Assembly (NCBI GenBank): GCA_040954595.2
Contig: CM082593.2
Span: 3,303,434 to 3,367,433 of the forward strand
Direction: 5' to 3'
DNA: 64,000 bases
From: Balanoglossus misakiensis
Taxonomy: Eukaryota > Animalia > Hemichordata
This document shows positions 36,775 to 48,532 of this stretch, piece by piece. Within the stretch, counting starts at the first letter, position 1. Each line of letters starts with the position of its first letter. The notes under the pieces are model-generated. The model was not told where the DNA came from, did no database searches, and worked only from the letters and a program-made list of their open reading frames with translations. A program made the translations under genes and the position numbers.

Positions 36775-39700
36775 GAGGAGATGAAAGCAAAGAGTGTGAA
36801 CAGCCGGCGAGCGGGGAAATCCACTTGGGGGCTCCGTCCACGCTGTGACTGCGTCGTGTTGAAAGAGCGGTAAAGAGTAAAACCATCGACAACAAAAGGG
36901 GGAAATTCGCTCATGAGTCGCGGATGAAAATTGAGGCTAATTCTACTAATCTGATCATCTTCTTTTCACGTCTACGGTCTGCGGCGACGCAGTGAGGGGG
37001 TGTGCGCGTGTGTGTTTGTTTGCTGCTTCTCGCGAAGTTTTTTTTTATCTGCGCGATACCATGACGCACGGTACATGCATGTCTACACCCAACGAAAACT
37101 AAACTTACACGACTTTTTAATTCAACCGTGAACATATCTCCATGCCCACGCGTATATTTCACATACATTAAATTAAACAATCAATGCTCGTAATTGAAAA
37201 ATCGATATGTTGGATAAACACAAAGGAGCGTACTAACAAAGTTATGTTAAGTTGTGTATAATTAGCCAATTAATCGATTGTTAGGTCTTGCTAGAAAATG
37301 CATTGTGTGAACTATTTTACCATCTTCATTGCATTGTCCGAAAAGTATGAACACTACAAACTATAGAAAGTACCCAATGTGTTAGGCTCTAGTAACTTGG
37401 CATATATGCGAATGTTGAAGTCATAATAACGCATTGGCTTGTATGCGGATGATAGCTCTGGCTTTGACGACGGTGTCTTCGGCGCAAGACTGCACGACGC
37501 TCGCCCCGGCTGCACGTCCCCGCTACACAGCGGATGATCAAAGTCGACTTGGCGGCTGGACGCGGGGATTTCTCTAACCCGATTAGCCGAACGAAATCAA
37601 ATTAGTGTTCCAGGCAAAAGAACAGCAGAAATTTCATTACCTCGATTTGATTTGTCTCCTTGATTCGATTTGAAAGGATGTCAGGCAAAATGTCGCTCGC
37701 TTTTTGATTTGCCCGGCCCCGGCGCTCTGTTGCCGACGATATACGCGCTGAACCGCCGTGCCAGATGAGAAGCCTCGTCAACAACCAGTCACGAGCATGC
37801 GCATTGATCAACTGTAATATCTTACAGGTAAAAGCTTTGCGAATAAATTAATAACGTTCTGTACTAGTGAGAAAATCACAAAAACAAATAATTTAAAATT
37901 TAATTTAGGTCGATAAAAAATCGAAACGCTTATGACTTTTTAAAGAATCCAGAATGCATGTTAAAATAAATATAAAAAATCGCCACCTCAAGGTTTCGGC
38001 TATACCTATCACGTGACCCCAAATTTCGAGCTCAAGACTAATGATGAAAGTCTAACACTTACTTGTGAACTATACTGTCTCTTGTTTTTTTGCTGAAAAT
38101 ATTTCTTGTGACTAAAACGAGAAATGCGTTGGTGAAAAACATCCACGCGAACAGATACTGGAACTTAAGATTGCTCCATCAATTAAGAACATTATAAAGC
38201 ATGAATAATTTCTCTTCAAAAAATCCTACCTGTATTAGGTGGAAGAAAAAACTTATCCGTCAGTCATAATTTGCCTAATTCCAGACAAAATCTGAATATT
38301 TCATAATAGGCGACCGCCGGTTACTAATGGCGGAGGGTGCCACACTTTAGCTATCTTAACCCGCTAGGTGTCGCTACCGGTTAAACGCGAAATCCTCTTA
38401 GAACTTCAATTTTTAATGATTAGCACACAATCAAAAGCCGATCACGTTTATAGGTAAACAGAAAGCGTGAAAGGTTCGACGAGGTAGATGAGACGGTGTA
38501 TATTTACATCGATACTTCACAGCGAGGCTGTGGGATTTGCGATTACTCAGTGTCAGGTGGCCGACCGGGTTCTCGTTGGGCACGGTTGGTTATATCCGAA
38601 AATGAATTGGGCGGAGCAACACCTCGAATCATTCAGGTGTCGTTAGACAAGACGGAGAAATCTATAGGGCTGTTCTGTGTACATTTTGTACATGTATATG
38701 AGCCGTCGATATATTATTACAAGTAAATCGGCTTTCACGCTGTTGCTACTGATTCACAAAATGAATATTATTAAAATACAAATAAAACGCATAATGCATA
38801 ATTATCAGAGATCTGACTGGGGCATCCATGACCCCTTGTCCTACCGCCGCCTGAGTCGATGGTATAAAAACCAGTTTTCTTTGAACTTTGAGGCAATGAT
38901 GATGATACAGAAAAAATTAACCTTTCACCCTTACTTAAATATGTTAATTTTCTAGTGAACCCTTCTCACCAATAGGCCGCCAAATGCCCACCCCTGGCTG
39001 TGGATCGGCTTTATTAAATTCTTCGGGTCAAACAAATTTAATAATCGTTATAACAAAGGCGGAAATTGAGTGTAGTCCCAGCCGCTGGCAAACAACGGCT
39101 GATTTTCCTCCTCTTTGCCACCGTCCAGCCATCAATTCATCACCGATTACAAGCGTAAAAAAATTAGCGTCCATTTGGAAGCGAAATAAAATTACCCGTG
39201 CCTACAATGAGCCCGGCTAACGAACCGCCCGATTGTGTCGCGACCTCTCAGAACTCAAGTCTCGTCGTTGCAATTTCAGTTTTCTAAAAGAACACTTCGC
39301 AATGCTCAGCCTTGTGTTGCCATGAGTAAAATTCAGCGAATCAGTGGAGATAAATAAAACGAACTGTCCGCCCTCCATCTCGAGCACTATCACAGGAACC
39401 CTCTTCAATCACTGAGTTTATTCAGGAAATTGTATGTAAACGTATCATCATTTTTTCGGAGCTTTGGAAAAGATGTTTCTCTACTGAAACGAAGGGTACT
39501 TGAAGAAACATCTTATTCTTACAACACCGAAAAAAAACAGTTCTGTGAATTTACATGAAGTAGACACCAGCACATGGTGTTTACAAGTTAGAGTATGTAA
39601 CTGAGCGGGTTATTAACATGTTATAAGTGTTACATCTGTTGGGTGACATCGAGTACGCCAATCAGCTTCTGAGACCGCGTTTGAAACGGTTTTGATGCAA

Positions 39701-41669
39701 AACTGGTCATATAAAAGGTCGATGCTTCGGGTCTTAGGGGCTCCACTCTTCTTCCAGCGTTCCTCTGGTCACCGCGTGTTGCTTCAGGGTACAGAGTCAC
39801 CGTCCATGTCCGTGTTTGGTCGGGCGTGCGTTCGTTCGTCTGTTGTACCTGCCAGCCTATCATCGGTAGCGGGCTTCGGATACCTACACAAGGTTGGTGT
39901 TTTGCCATACAAAAGTATCGCCAAGCAAACAATAACGTCAGCTTTGCGTGAATGTGTGTGAACTTGCTTGCACCTTTTGATAGCATTTCCAATTGCGGGT
40001 TATGATATTGAGAAATGCAGCACGGGTTGTTATTCCTGAAGTTTGGGGGTAACCTTGTACGTGAACTTTGTAAACTTTAATACGTGCAAAGACCTAAACT
40101 GACGCATTTATTGATTAATTTGATGATAATATCCATCTTTGATTTTTAAGTATTCCAATACTTGCCGACAGACAGTTTCCAGAACCTTTGAGTTGATTTC
40201 TCGGCTTAGCGTTAAGCAGGTTGAGTAGGCTTCCCCCCTGCAGCCGCGGCATCTCGATAATCGACATTAAAATTTCATGTTTGCCGCCTTGACAGCGTTT
40301 GAGAGAGCCCTGATTTCGACTTCCATCTTTTAGAACTGGGCATGCGCAATGAGTTTCGCCCCAACATCACCCGTCTTTGTTTGATTTCAACCGTCGATGA
40401 TTTCCAACACATTTGCATCGATTGCGTCACAGCTCGCTCGGGGGGGGGTGCACACATCGCCTCATTACGCGACATTAAGCTTGAGTTGCCGTGCAAGATA
40501 ACATTTCAATTAGTACCTTTCTCTGAATGTCTAATAAACTGATCGGTAAACGCTTCGCAATCGACCGGAATGTCTAACTTAATAGAATAACATGTTTATT
40601 CGATTACTCGCCCTCAATTATTTCACCAAGCATATGCACCTGTGCCGCGGGATCCCGCGAGAACGCCCGCAACCGTGCCGCGCAATCCCGCGAGACTCGC
40701 CTTGCCTGTATCTAATGCATTTGCGATTTGCTCACGCGCCTTCCCATCAATATTTAATGTATACAAGCTGTGTTCGATGGAAGCCAAAGTCGGGTCGGAA
40801 TACAGGCTATCATCGCTTCCGCAGTATTTCTGGTAATTGCGGGGCAGGGGATAATATTCAGGGCGTGTCTAAGGTACTAAGAGTAGGCCTAGACCCTAAG
40901 AATGCTTTTATCTCTCTCCGATGAAAGCCGACATCCGCAAAGCGATAACCAGAGCTATAATTATCCACCCAGAATATGATTTGTCCTTCAACGTTATTTT
41001 TGAGAATGTAACCACTTCAACGTGACAAAGAAAAAACCTCCAGAAATCAAAATAAATTTCAACAATTGGAAAAAAAGACTGTCTATAAACTGTAGTCCCA
41101 CAACTTCGATTTGATTAACTTACTAACGCTGTTTAGTGACGTCATTTTGATGTCTACCGTAAATGGTGACGTCTCTCGTTTTATCATAATTGGCATCATG
41201 CCTTTCTTGTATGTCTTTCTAGCACCTTTACTTGAACAAGTTTGGTCATTATGGGTGACAATAGGTCACTTGCCAGATACAAATGTGCAACATTTAAAAA
41301 AGATTGCGTCACATCCTTCCAAAAATATGAGCACGTTATATAAGTGTTTTCAAATAGCTAGTGTTTTATGCAGTGATATTATTGCGCATGCGTTTTCGTG
41401 TCGGAGGAAACTGTCACTGTTTTTACTCGCATCTCAGTACGTGTTTGCCGTGGAAATCGTAGACGGATACCTGACCGCGGTCAAATTGAATTTCACGCTC
41501 ACTATCGACATTTCGTAAATACTTAATGTCACTTGGGTTTATGAATGATGCATCATTGAGCGAAAGACGGAGATTCGTGACTGAAGATTATATGTCATTC
41601 GTTGGTTAGGTTAATGATGCCATACGTCTATAATACGAGAGATAGGGAGAGGGACAGGGAAGAGACAGC

Positions 41670-41697
41670 AGACAGACAGACAGACAGACAGACAGAC
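41670..41697. repeat. (GACA)n microsatellite
   Basis: Direct inspection. Confidence 0.85.
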
Positions 41698-43699
41698 ATA
41701 TATATTTAATATATTTATAGTAGTTGAAATGAGAAGGCTTGGCATATCAAATTTGCATTCTGAGAAATTTACATACCGCGAGAGACAACACGGACGCTCC
41801 TTGTATGTGGTACAGACAAAACACAAAAAAGAGAAGATTATTAGAGAAGAATAAAAGAAAGGAAGAAAGAAATAAGAACTAAATAGATAAATAGAAGGAA
41901 ATAAAAAGACCGATCTATTTGAAAACTGCAGCAATCTTAACACTTTTATTAGTGATGAACTTCAGAGTAACGATCAATATTTAAGTATACAATACACTGA
42001 GAATTCTATGTCTGCACAATTCCACTGAAAATTTGTTTTCTTTAGCTTCCTCATAAAATAATTAAATAACACTGGCACGTTGACGATTTATCTCTCCGAG
42101 TGAATTGACTTTGCATAACCTCATAACGCTGCGGCTTTTACAAATTCCGTTTCAATTCTATCTAATTTGCCTAAATTATTGCTTACATGATTAAAGTTTT
42201 GGAAGAAAAAGACATTTTCTGTAATCAAGGAAATCTACTGCGCGTTTTTGATAATTCGGTTTATTGGAGGGGTGTGAATATTCGATGAGGTAAATACCGG
42301 AAGGGGATAAGTAAATTGCCTTTTCATGAAGCTAAATTGAGTCGAAATTACACTTGTTGGCATTGAGTGACCAGGGCTGTGATTAAACGTTCTAATTGGA
42401 CTGTGCTAGTCACGTGCGGCGCTCGGAAAGGGTGCCGAGCGAGAAATTTCGCCCGACAATATTTCAGTGTAGAACTGCAAGCGGAATTTTCGCCCCACTT
42501 CAAAATTACTGTCACTGGTAACCGTATTCAAACTTGCTTTCGAAAGAGTTTGAAGATTTGGATTTTTCCTCGGGCATTCGTATAGTATTGATAAATTGAT
42601 ACTATTTCCATTTATCGTTTGCTGTATCGCTTTATTGAATTTGTTTTACGTGTAAACTAGCTTTTTTTCAATGTGTGATAATCACGAATGCCAGGCTGAA
42701 TCTTTCTTCGCGTTAATGTGTTCGAGTTCCACTGTGATTTCTCTTGCCCCATTTATTTTCTGTTGACCGGGCACCTTACACCAAAAACGCGCTCCTTTCT
42801 GCAATTACAGTGGTGCATTTATCTCTCTCCTTCAATGGCGATCCGTTTGATCGCCAGCGCTGTCATTGTCACCGATTCCGCGCGTGTGAAGCGCCGAGCG
42901 AAGCAAGCCGGGGTTTGGTCACGTTTCTTTTCTGACGACTGACAGAGGGGCTGCTCTTTCAGTAAATCGGCGCAATTCAAAGATTAGTCCCGCGATTGGT
43001 TCAAATTGGGCGAAATCAATTCATAAAGTGAAATCACTTCGATTAATTAGATTTCACACTCGTCTTAAGTGGTCACGATAAAATTATTAAATCGCACTGC
43101 CGATACCACTCCACAAAGTGAGCCTTACTCGAGCGAGACGACGCAGCTTACTAATTTTGTTACGTGAATTAGTCGCTGTAAAAATTGACCGACGTCTGAA
43201 AGGGGTGTCCATTTCATGCATTGTTGATTTCTAAATTCACTGTAATTAGACCAATTTTAGGCGTTTAATTACCTCTGCTAGATTGCATTTGCGGAAAGAA
43301 AATTGAGTTTAGCGTTAATTTTGAATAACAAACGCACAGGCGCAATATTCGTGTATTATATTACCCGAAACCGTTAATCTGATATGAATTTCTTCTGCTG
43401 CCGACGCTTTTTGTCGTGTGACATACAATTAGAAATAACGCGCATAGGCCTGTTGCTTGAATGTACACTTAAACCTGATGCGTTGAAGATCCATTAGCGT
43501 ACACTCTGCTTCTGGATTACACTAAATTCCACTCTCCCCATAGACTTAAGACTTTAAAATATTAATTTAACGTAACGTTGGAAATTTAAATTTCGTTTTT
43601 TTTGTTTGTTACGAAAATTCCTAATTTTGCATTGTTGAATGTCCAGCATCGATTGTCATCGTACTGTTCGTCTGGTTGTGTCATTGATCTCGCATCATT

Positions 43700-43716
43700 G
43701 ATGATGATGATGATAG

Positions 43717-43813
<97 letters not shown>
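43700..43813. repeat. (GAT)n microsatellite with one interruption
   Basis: Direct inspection. It explains the poly-M, poly-S and poly-H ORFs in the track. Confidence 0.95.
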
Positions 43814-44860
43814 AGATCACAGTATATAAACCATAGACAATAGTTCCACCACTGTCTATAATAGTGTACATGTGCACCGTGCACACTCTTATCGTGATAT
43901 CCGACAGACATTCAACAGAACGGAAAGGGTATCAACAGACAACAGAAGGGAGAAAATTCAGAGAAAGTAAATTCAAAACCGAAAAGAAGATGATAGAGGG
44001 AGATTAGGCGATAGAGAGTGCGCGCCGCTTGCATTCAACATGAATGCCCGCCCGGTGTTCATTTCCACCGCTGGGAAATTGTGCGAGATAGAGAATAACT
44101 TTTCAGGAGGTTAATACATTAATTGAAATGCAGCATAATCCCGGCAAATAAGTTTCCATCTAAGAGCGTTGAAATGCGAACACGGCGGGTACACAACGCA
44201 TCAAAGGGGTGCCGGTCATCCCCGTAGACTCGACTCAACACAAAGTGGGACAATGGAGACGGAATGCAGACTAGCCAGGACGGGAGCGAGCGGTTTGATG
44301 CCGGGAAAGGGGACCGAGTCCCGGGAAAGGGCCGGGATAATTCTCCCGACAATGGGAATTAATTCGATAAGAAAAGAATCAATTTGCCACCCAAACCAGA
44401 CGAAATTGAGTCTTTATTTTAGCCTATTACGCCTATTCACTGACTTCAATTTTGGGGGGCTTTTCGGTTCACCAGGAAGTGCGTCATCACGCGCGAGGTT
44501 TTCAATGGGTGAGCGCGCTACCCTGGACCTGCTGAATTTGGACGGCAGATGAGCTGCTTCCAGGGTTTGAATATCACGTTTTGATTCGGCGTGACTTTTT
44601 ATATTCCTGTTTCCTTACACCGTTCTCTCATATATTGCTGAGATTAAGGTGACGCCATCTTGCGGGGAGGTGAAAGGTCACCAATGCCTGCGTCACTTAT
44701 CCCCCAATCAGCTCAACTCGAATCATAAAACGAACCGCTGCCACGAAGAAAGTTGCCAAAGTTAAGGAGCAACCCTGACCAGGCGTATATGACGTGAGAT
44801 TTTGCGGGATGTATAATAAAATGACATTATTCGATATATTAACGGCATTAACACAAGAGG

Positions 44861-44925
44861 GTAATCGGATCAACAATAATGGAAAATTTTCGTCTGAAAT
44901 AAAATATTAACAAATTAAGCGCTTA
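44861..44925. repeat. Duplicated conserved noncoding element, copy 2 (65-bp core)
   Basis: 63/65 identical to 36710-36774 in the same orientation, with weaker similarity in the flanks. Confidence 0.9.
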
Positions 44926-45419
44926 AGAAGATCAGATGGTAATGTGTGAACAAGGGAATCCAGCCATTTGTATGTATGGAACCTTCCCCGCCGAGATACG
45001 ACTTTAGTAGGATTATACAAATAGCCTGAAAAAAATTGGAGAATATTATTTTACGTTTGAATCGTCGACGAAAATGGAATTTGCAGACTTGGTTTATACT
45101 GCTGAATGCTTATTGAGAACGACAAACTTCCATCTTGGAGTGAGCCTTACACTCGGATTGATTTTTTAATGTCGGTGTGTCGGTGAAAACAGACTGTATC
45201 CATGGAGAGTTTTTGTCCAAAGTGTATGAATTTTTCGCGGCGAGGACTGGGCTGGTTAACAATCATTTAGCTACAAATGATAAATAGATCATATAGTCAG
45301 TGATAGCCAATTTTAAAGTATAATGTGGTTTATGATTTTTCGTATTTTCTCTGAAGGAACGAGTGTCTGTTTTACTCCAGACGAATCCCTATGTCCTCTC
45401 CGTGTTTTTCTCTGCTTTC

Positions 45420-45495
45420 GTCTGTCTGTCTATCCACCTGCCCGCCTACCCGTCTGTCTGTCTGTCTGTCGGTCTGTCTGTCTGTCTGTCTGTCT
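45420..45495. repeat. (GTCT)n microsatellite, imperfect
   Basis: Direct inspection. Confidence 0.85.
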
Positions 45496-48400
45496 GCAGG
45501 GTCTCAAAACGCATTGGTTAGTATATGGAATAACAGTACATGTATATCACCACAGCGTATGGCACAAAATAAATTTATGGTATGTGAGTATCGATCATTG
45601 ATATTTTTCAAATACGCTGTAACATACATCGTCTACCACGAGATCCATTATTTGTTTTCACGACAACAGCAGCAAATGGGGGATTTTTATCGAAAAGGCA
45701 GTAAGAGCGTAATATAATTCAGATGTTTTCCATGACCGCAATTGAATTTACTCAGTATCGATGGGCACACTTAAGCCTTTGATTTCCATGGGAAATTTGG
45801 CTTCGGTAATGAAAGTATAAATCTTTTCATCCATTAATGTTCCCAACTTTTCTCGCTGGAACTTTGAGACCCAGCGCTTAAGGCAAATGTACTTAGCGTA
45901 TGCTGTAGAATTAAGCGATAAATGTAAAACAGAATTCTCCAACAACAAATTAATATGTTTTAGCAAACTGTAAAGAGAACTTCGGGCATTATTTGTAACA
46001 TGTAGCAATCTAAAGTACCATATCTCATCTGAATTTTAAATCCTGGGAACTTCATCATTGATACCGGTTACCAAGGTATTATGAAAACTTTGTGATCGCA
46101 GATTGTGGTGTAATTTTCAAAGAAATTAATCATTGTGGTATTACGCAGTTAAAATATTTCCAGATATAAAAGTTATGCTTTAAAACACTTTTTGCCTTCT
46201 TACGGATTAATTGAAATGATAAAAAGACGGTGATTGGGAAAACGTATGCGTGCATTTCTGGAAAATGAATCAAGGAAATCGGCACAAATCCGGGAGGAGT
46301 GTATGAAATTGCCCGGAAATGGACACGACAATTAGGCATGCACTTTTTGGCTGTGGGGGATTAATTTCAAGGAGAATTGGGTCAAAGGTCACAGTTGGCA
46401 ATGCATGTCAGATATTAGCAAATAGGTATGAAACGTGGGCCAACGTGATCTGTTAGCGTTACATTTAATATCGTTCCATTTGATATAATCCCCATGGTTG
46501 CAGGTACAAATTGACACCAAAGCCATGTAATGCCACCAAAGTCGCGGATTTCGCCAAAATGTAATAACGATGAGCTGTCCGGCTTTCCGCAAATGGAAGC
46601 GGCTCTTCCCAAATAATTATTAGTTGGTAGCAGAGACATTTGTTTGGGGTTCAAACCAGAATTTTTATATAATTGATGCGTTACCCATGAAGCGTGGTCG
46701 GCCAGACTTCATCTGCAAAATTAGCGCCGTTAGTTTTAGATACAAAAAGCGCGGTATGTATGAGACCTGGTCCAGTTTGCGGAGAACAGGTGGCGAAACA
46801 GTCCGAGTATTCAACCCACTCAGAGCCCTTTTGTTTTCATGCATATTACGCTATGCACATCTGGCGGGGGTATGATCCGGGATATTTAGTCGACAGACAA
46901 CGACGGTCCCATGATCATCATGGGTAATATCCACGATAATTCAAGTTTGCAAACTTGATCTTTTAATAGCGTAGCATTCAGATGACATTTGTTTTATAAT
47001 TTAGTCCCGGGCAATTGTTATTTAAAAATTAATATTGATCTATTTTATATAGCAGAACCATCATCGTTCTCATTGTCAATTACATGTATAAGGTATTGTA
47101 TCTAAATAATGCAAGGCCTATGAGTGGAAAGAAAACCGCGCTCATGCAGGATTACTAGCCAACAGGTGCTGTGGTCAAAATATCGGCCTCCAAAATCTGA
47201 CATTTTTCGTTAACCGTGTGCAGTTCTGACGTACCACACAGCGAAGTGGTCGAAATTCTGTAATACTGAAGATACACTATTCTTACACGTTCCGTTTCTT
47301 TTTTTCCCCGACTTGACACATTCACACGAACAAACATAAGCCAAAATAAATTTCAGTCGACTACTAAACGTTTATTGGATAAGCAATGTGTAGTGGACAC
47401 AGCAAAAAGTAAACGCAAGAGAAACAAAGCAAACAATAAAAAATAAATAAACATCAATCAATAGTTAAAGGATAAAAACCAAACAAAACAATATTACATT
47501 ATTTTTCATTCATTTTATACACCAAATAAATCGGAAATGGACCATATAATGTATTGCTGAATCATCAAAATAATGGGGTTTTGCACAAACATTCAAAAAC
47601 TTGAACGGGAAGAAAATAAATTCATAACGTACGTATTGCGACTCAACAATTTTCCTGACGGCAGTCTAATATTTGTACGGCGATTTTGTCGTACAGTTTG
47701 ACATGTCCAATAATTTAAAACCGCACAAGAATCCATTTCTTTATTTTTCCTCGTGAATTAAGACGTTCATTTATTTACATGTGATAGCTCGTGTTACATA
47801 TACGGCATGAGAAACCCTTTTCAAATCTCCATTTCGTAGCTTTATATTTTACGCATTCAGTAAGTAGTTCTTTTCTGAGAATCGCTGGCAAGAAAAGTTG
47901 ATAAACAAAACACTTGACGTTTCAGCATGATATTTAATGTAAACCAAGAAAATGCAATTGTGATACACAACAGAAAATAATCAACATATAAAGCTATTGT
48001 CCCTTAAACATAGAAATATTAGACAAATAATGAATGTTTTGTTTTGGGATTTGGAGACACACAAATTTCCGTGACGTCACTATTTGTGCTGGGGTTAGTG
48101 CATTGTGTGTGTTACTATCGCCGAGATTTCGTTGCACAAGCTTGTGAAACTCGTGGGTTAACATGTGGGAAAAAGTCATTACCCTAAAGACAATCGATAT
48201 TTCATCAAAAAGGGGAAAGAGATTATTTGTACAGCTTTCTTGCAATCAAACCTGGCAGGTTATCCGAATACGGACATACATGTGTCGTGGTGCTAACGAA
48301 AGAAACTGACTCCTTTTGTAAAACACTTATAAACACCTATTAAGAATTTAACGTCATGTCTAGTAAAATTGCGGGTAAGGTTGTGTTGTCAGCAGCAAGA

Positions 48401-48532
48401 TAATTAACAACTTCTACACAACAAACAAACGAACGAACGATAGGACAACGAGGTATTATATCCCTGTTCACGTGTTCATAAAACAGCGCGTTTCCTAGCA
48501 GATCATCTCGTTCATTTTACGCGATGGTTCTT

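Noticed and set aside
43602-43911. Poly-Met, poly-Ser and poly-His ORFs
   Set aside because: Translations of the (GAT)n microsatellite.
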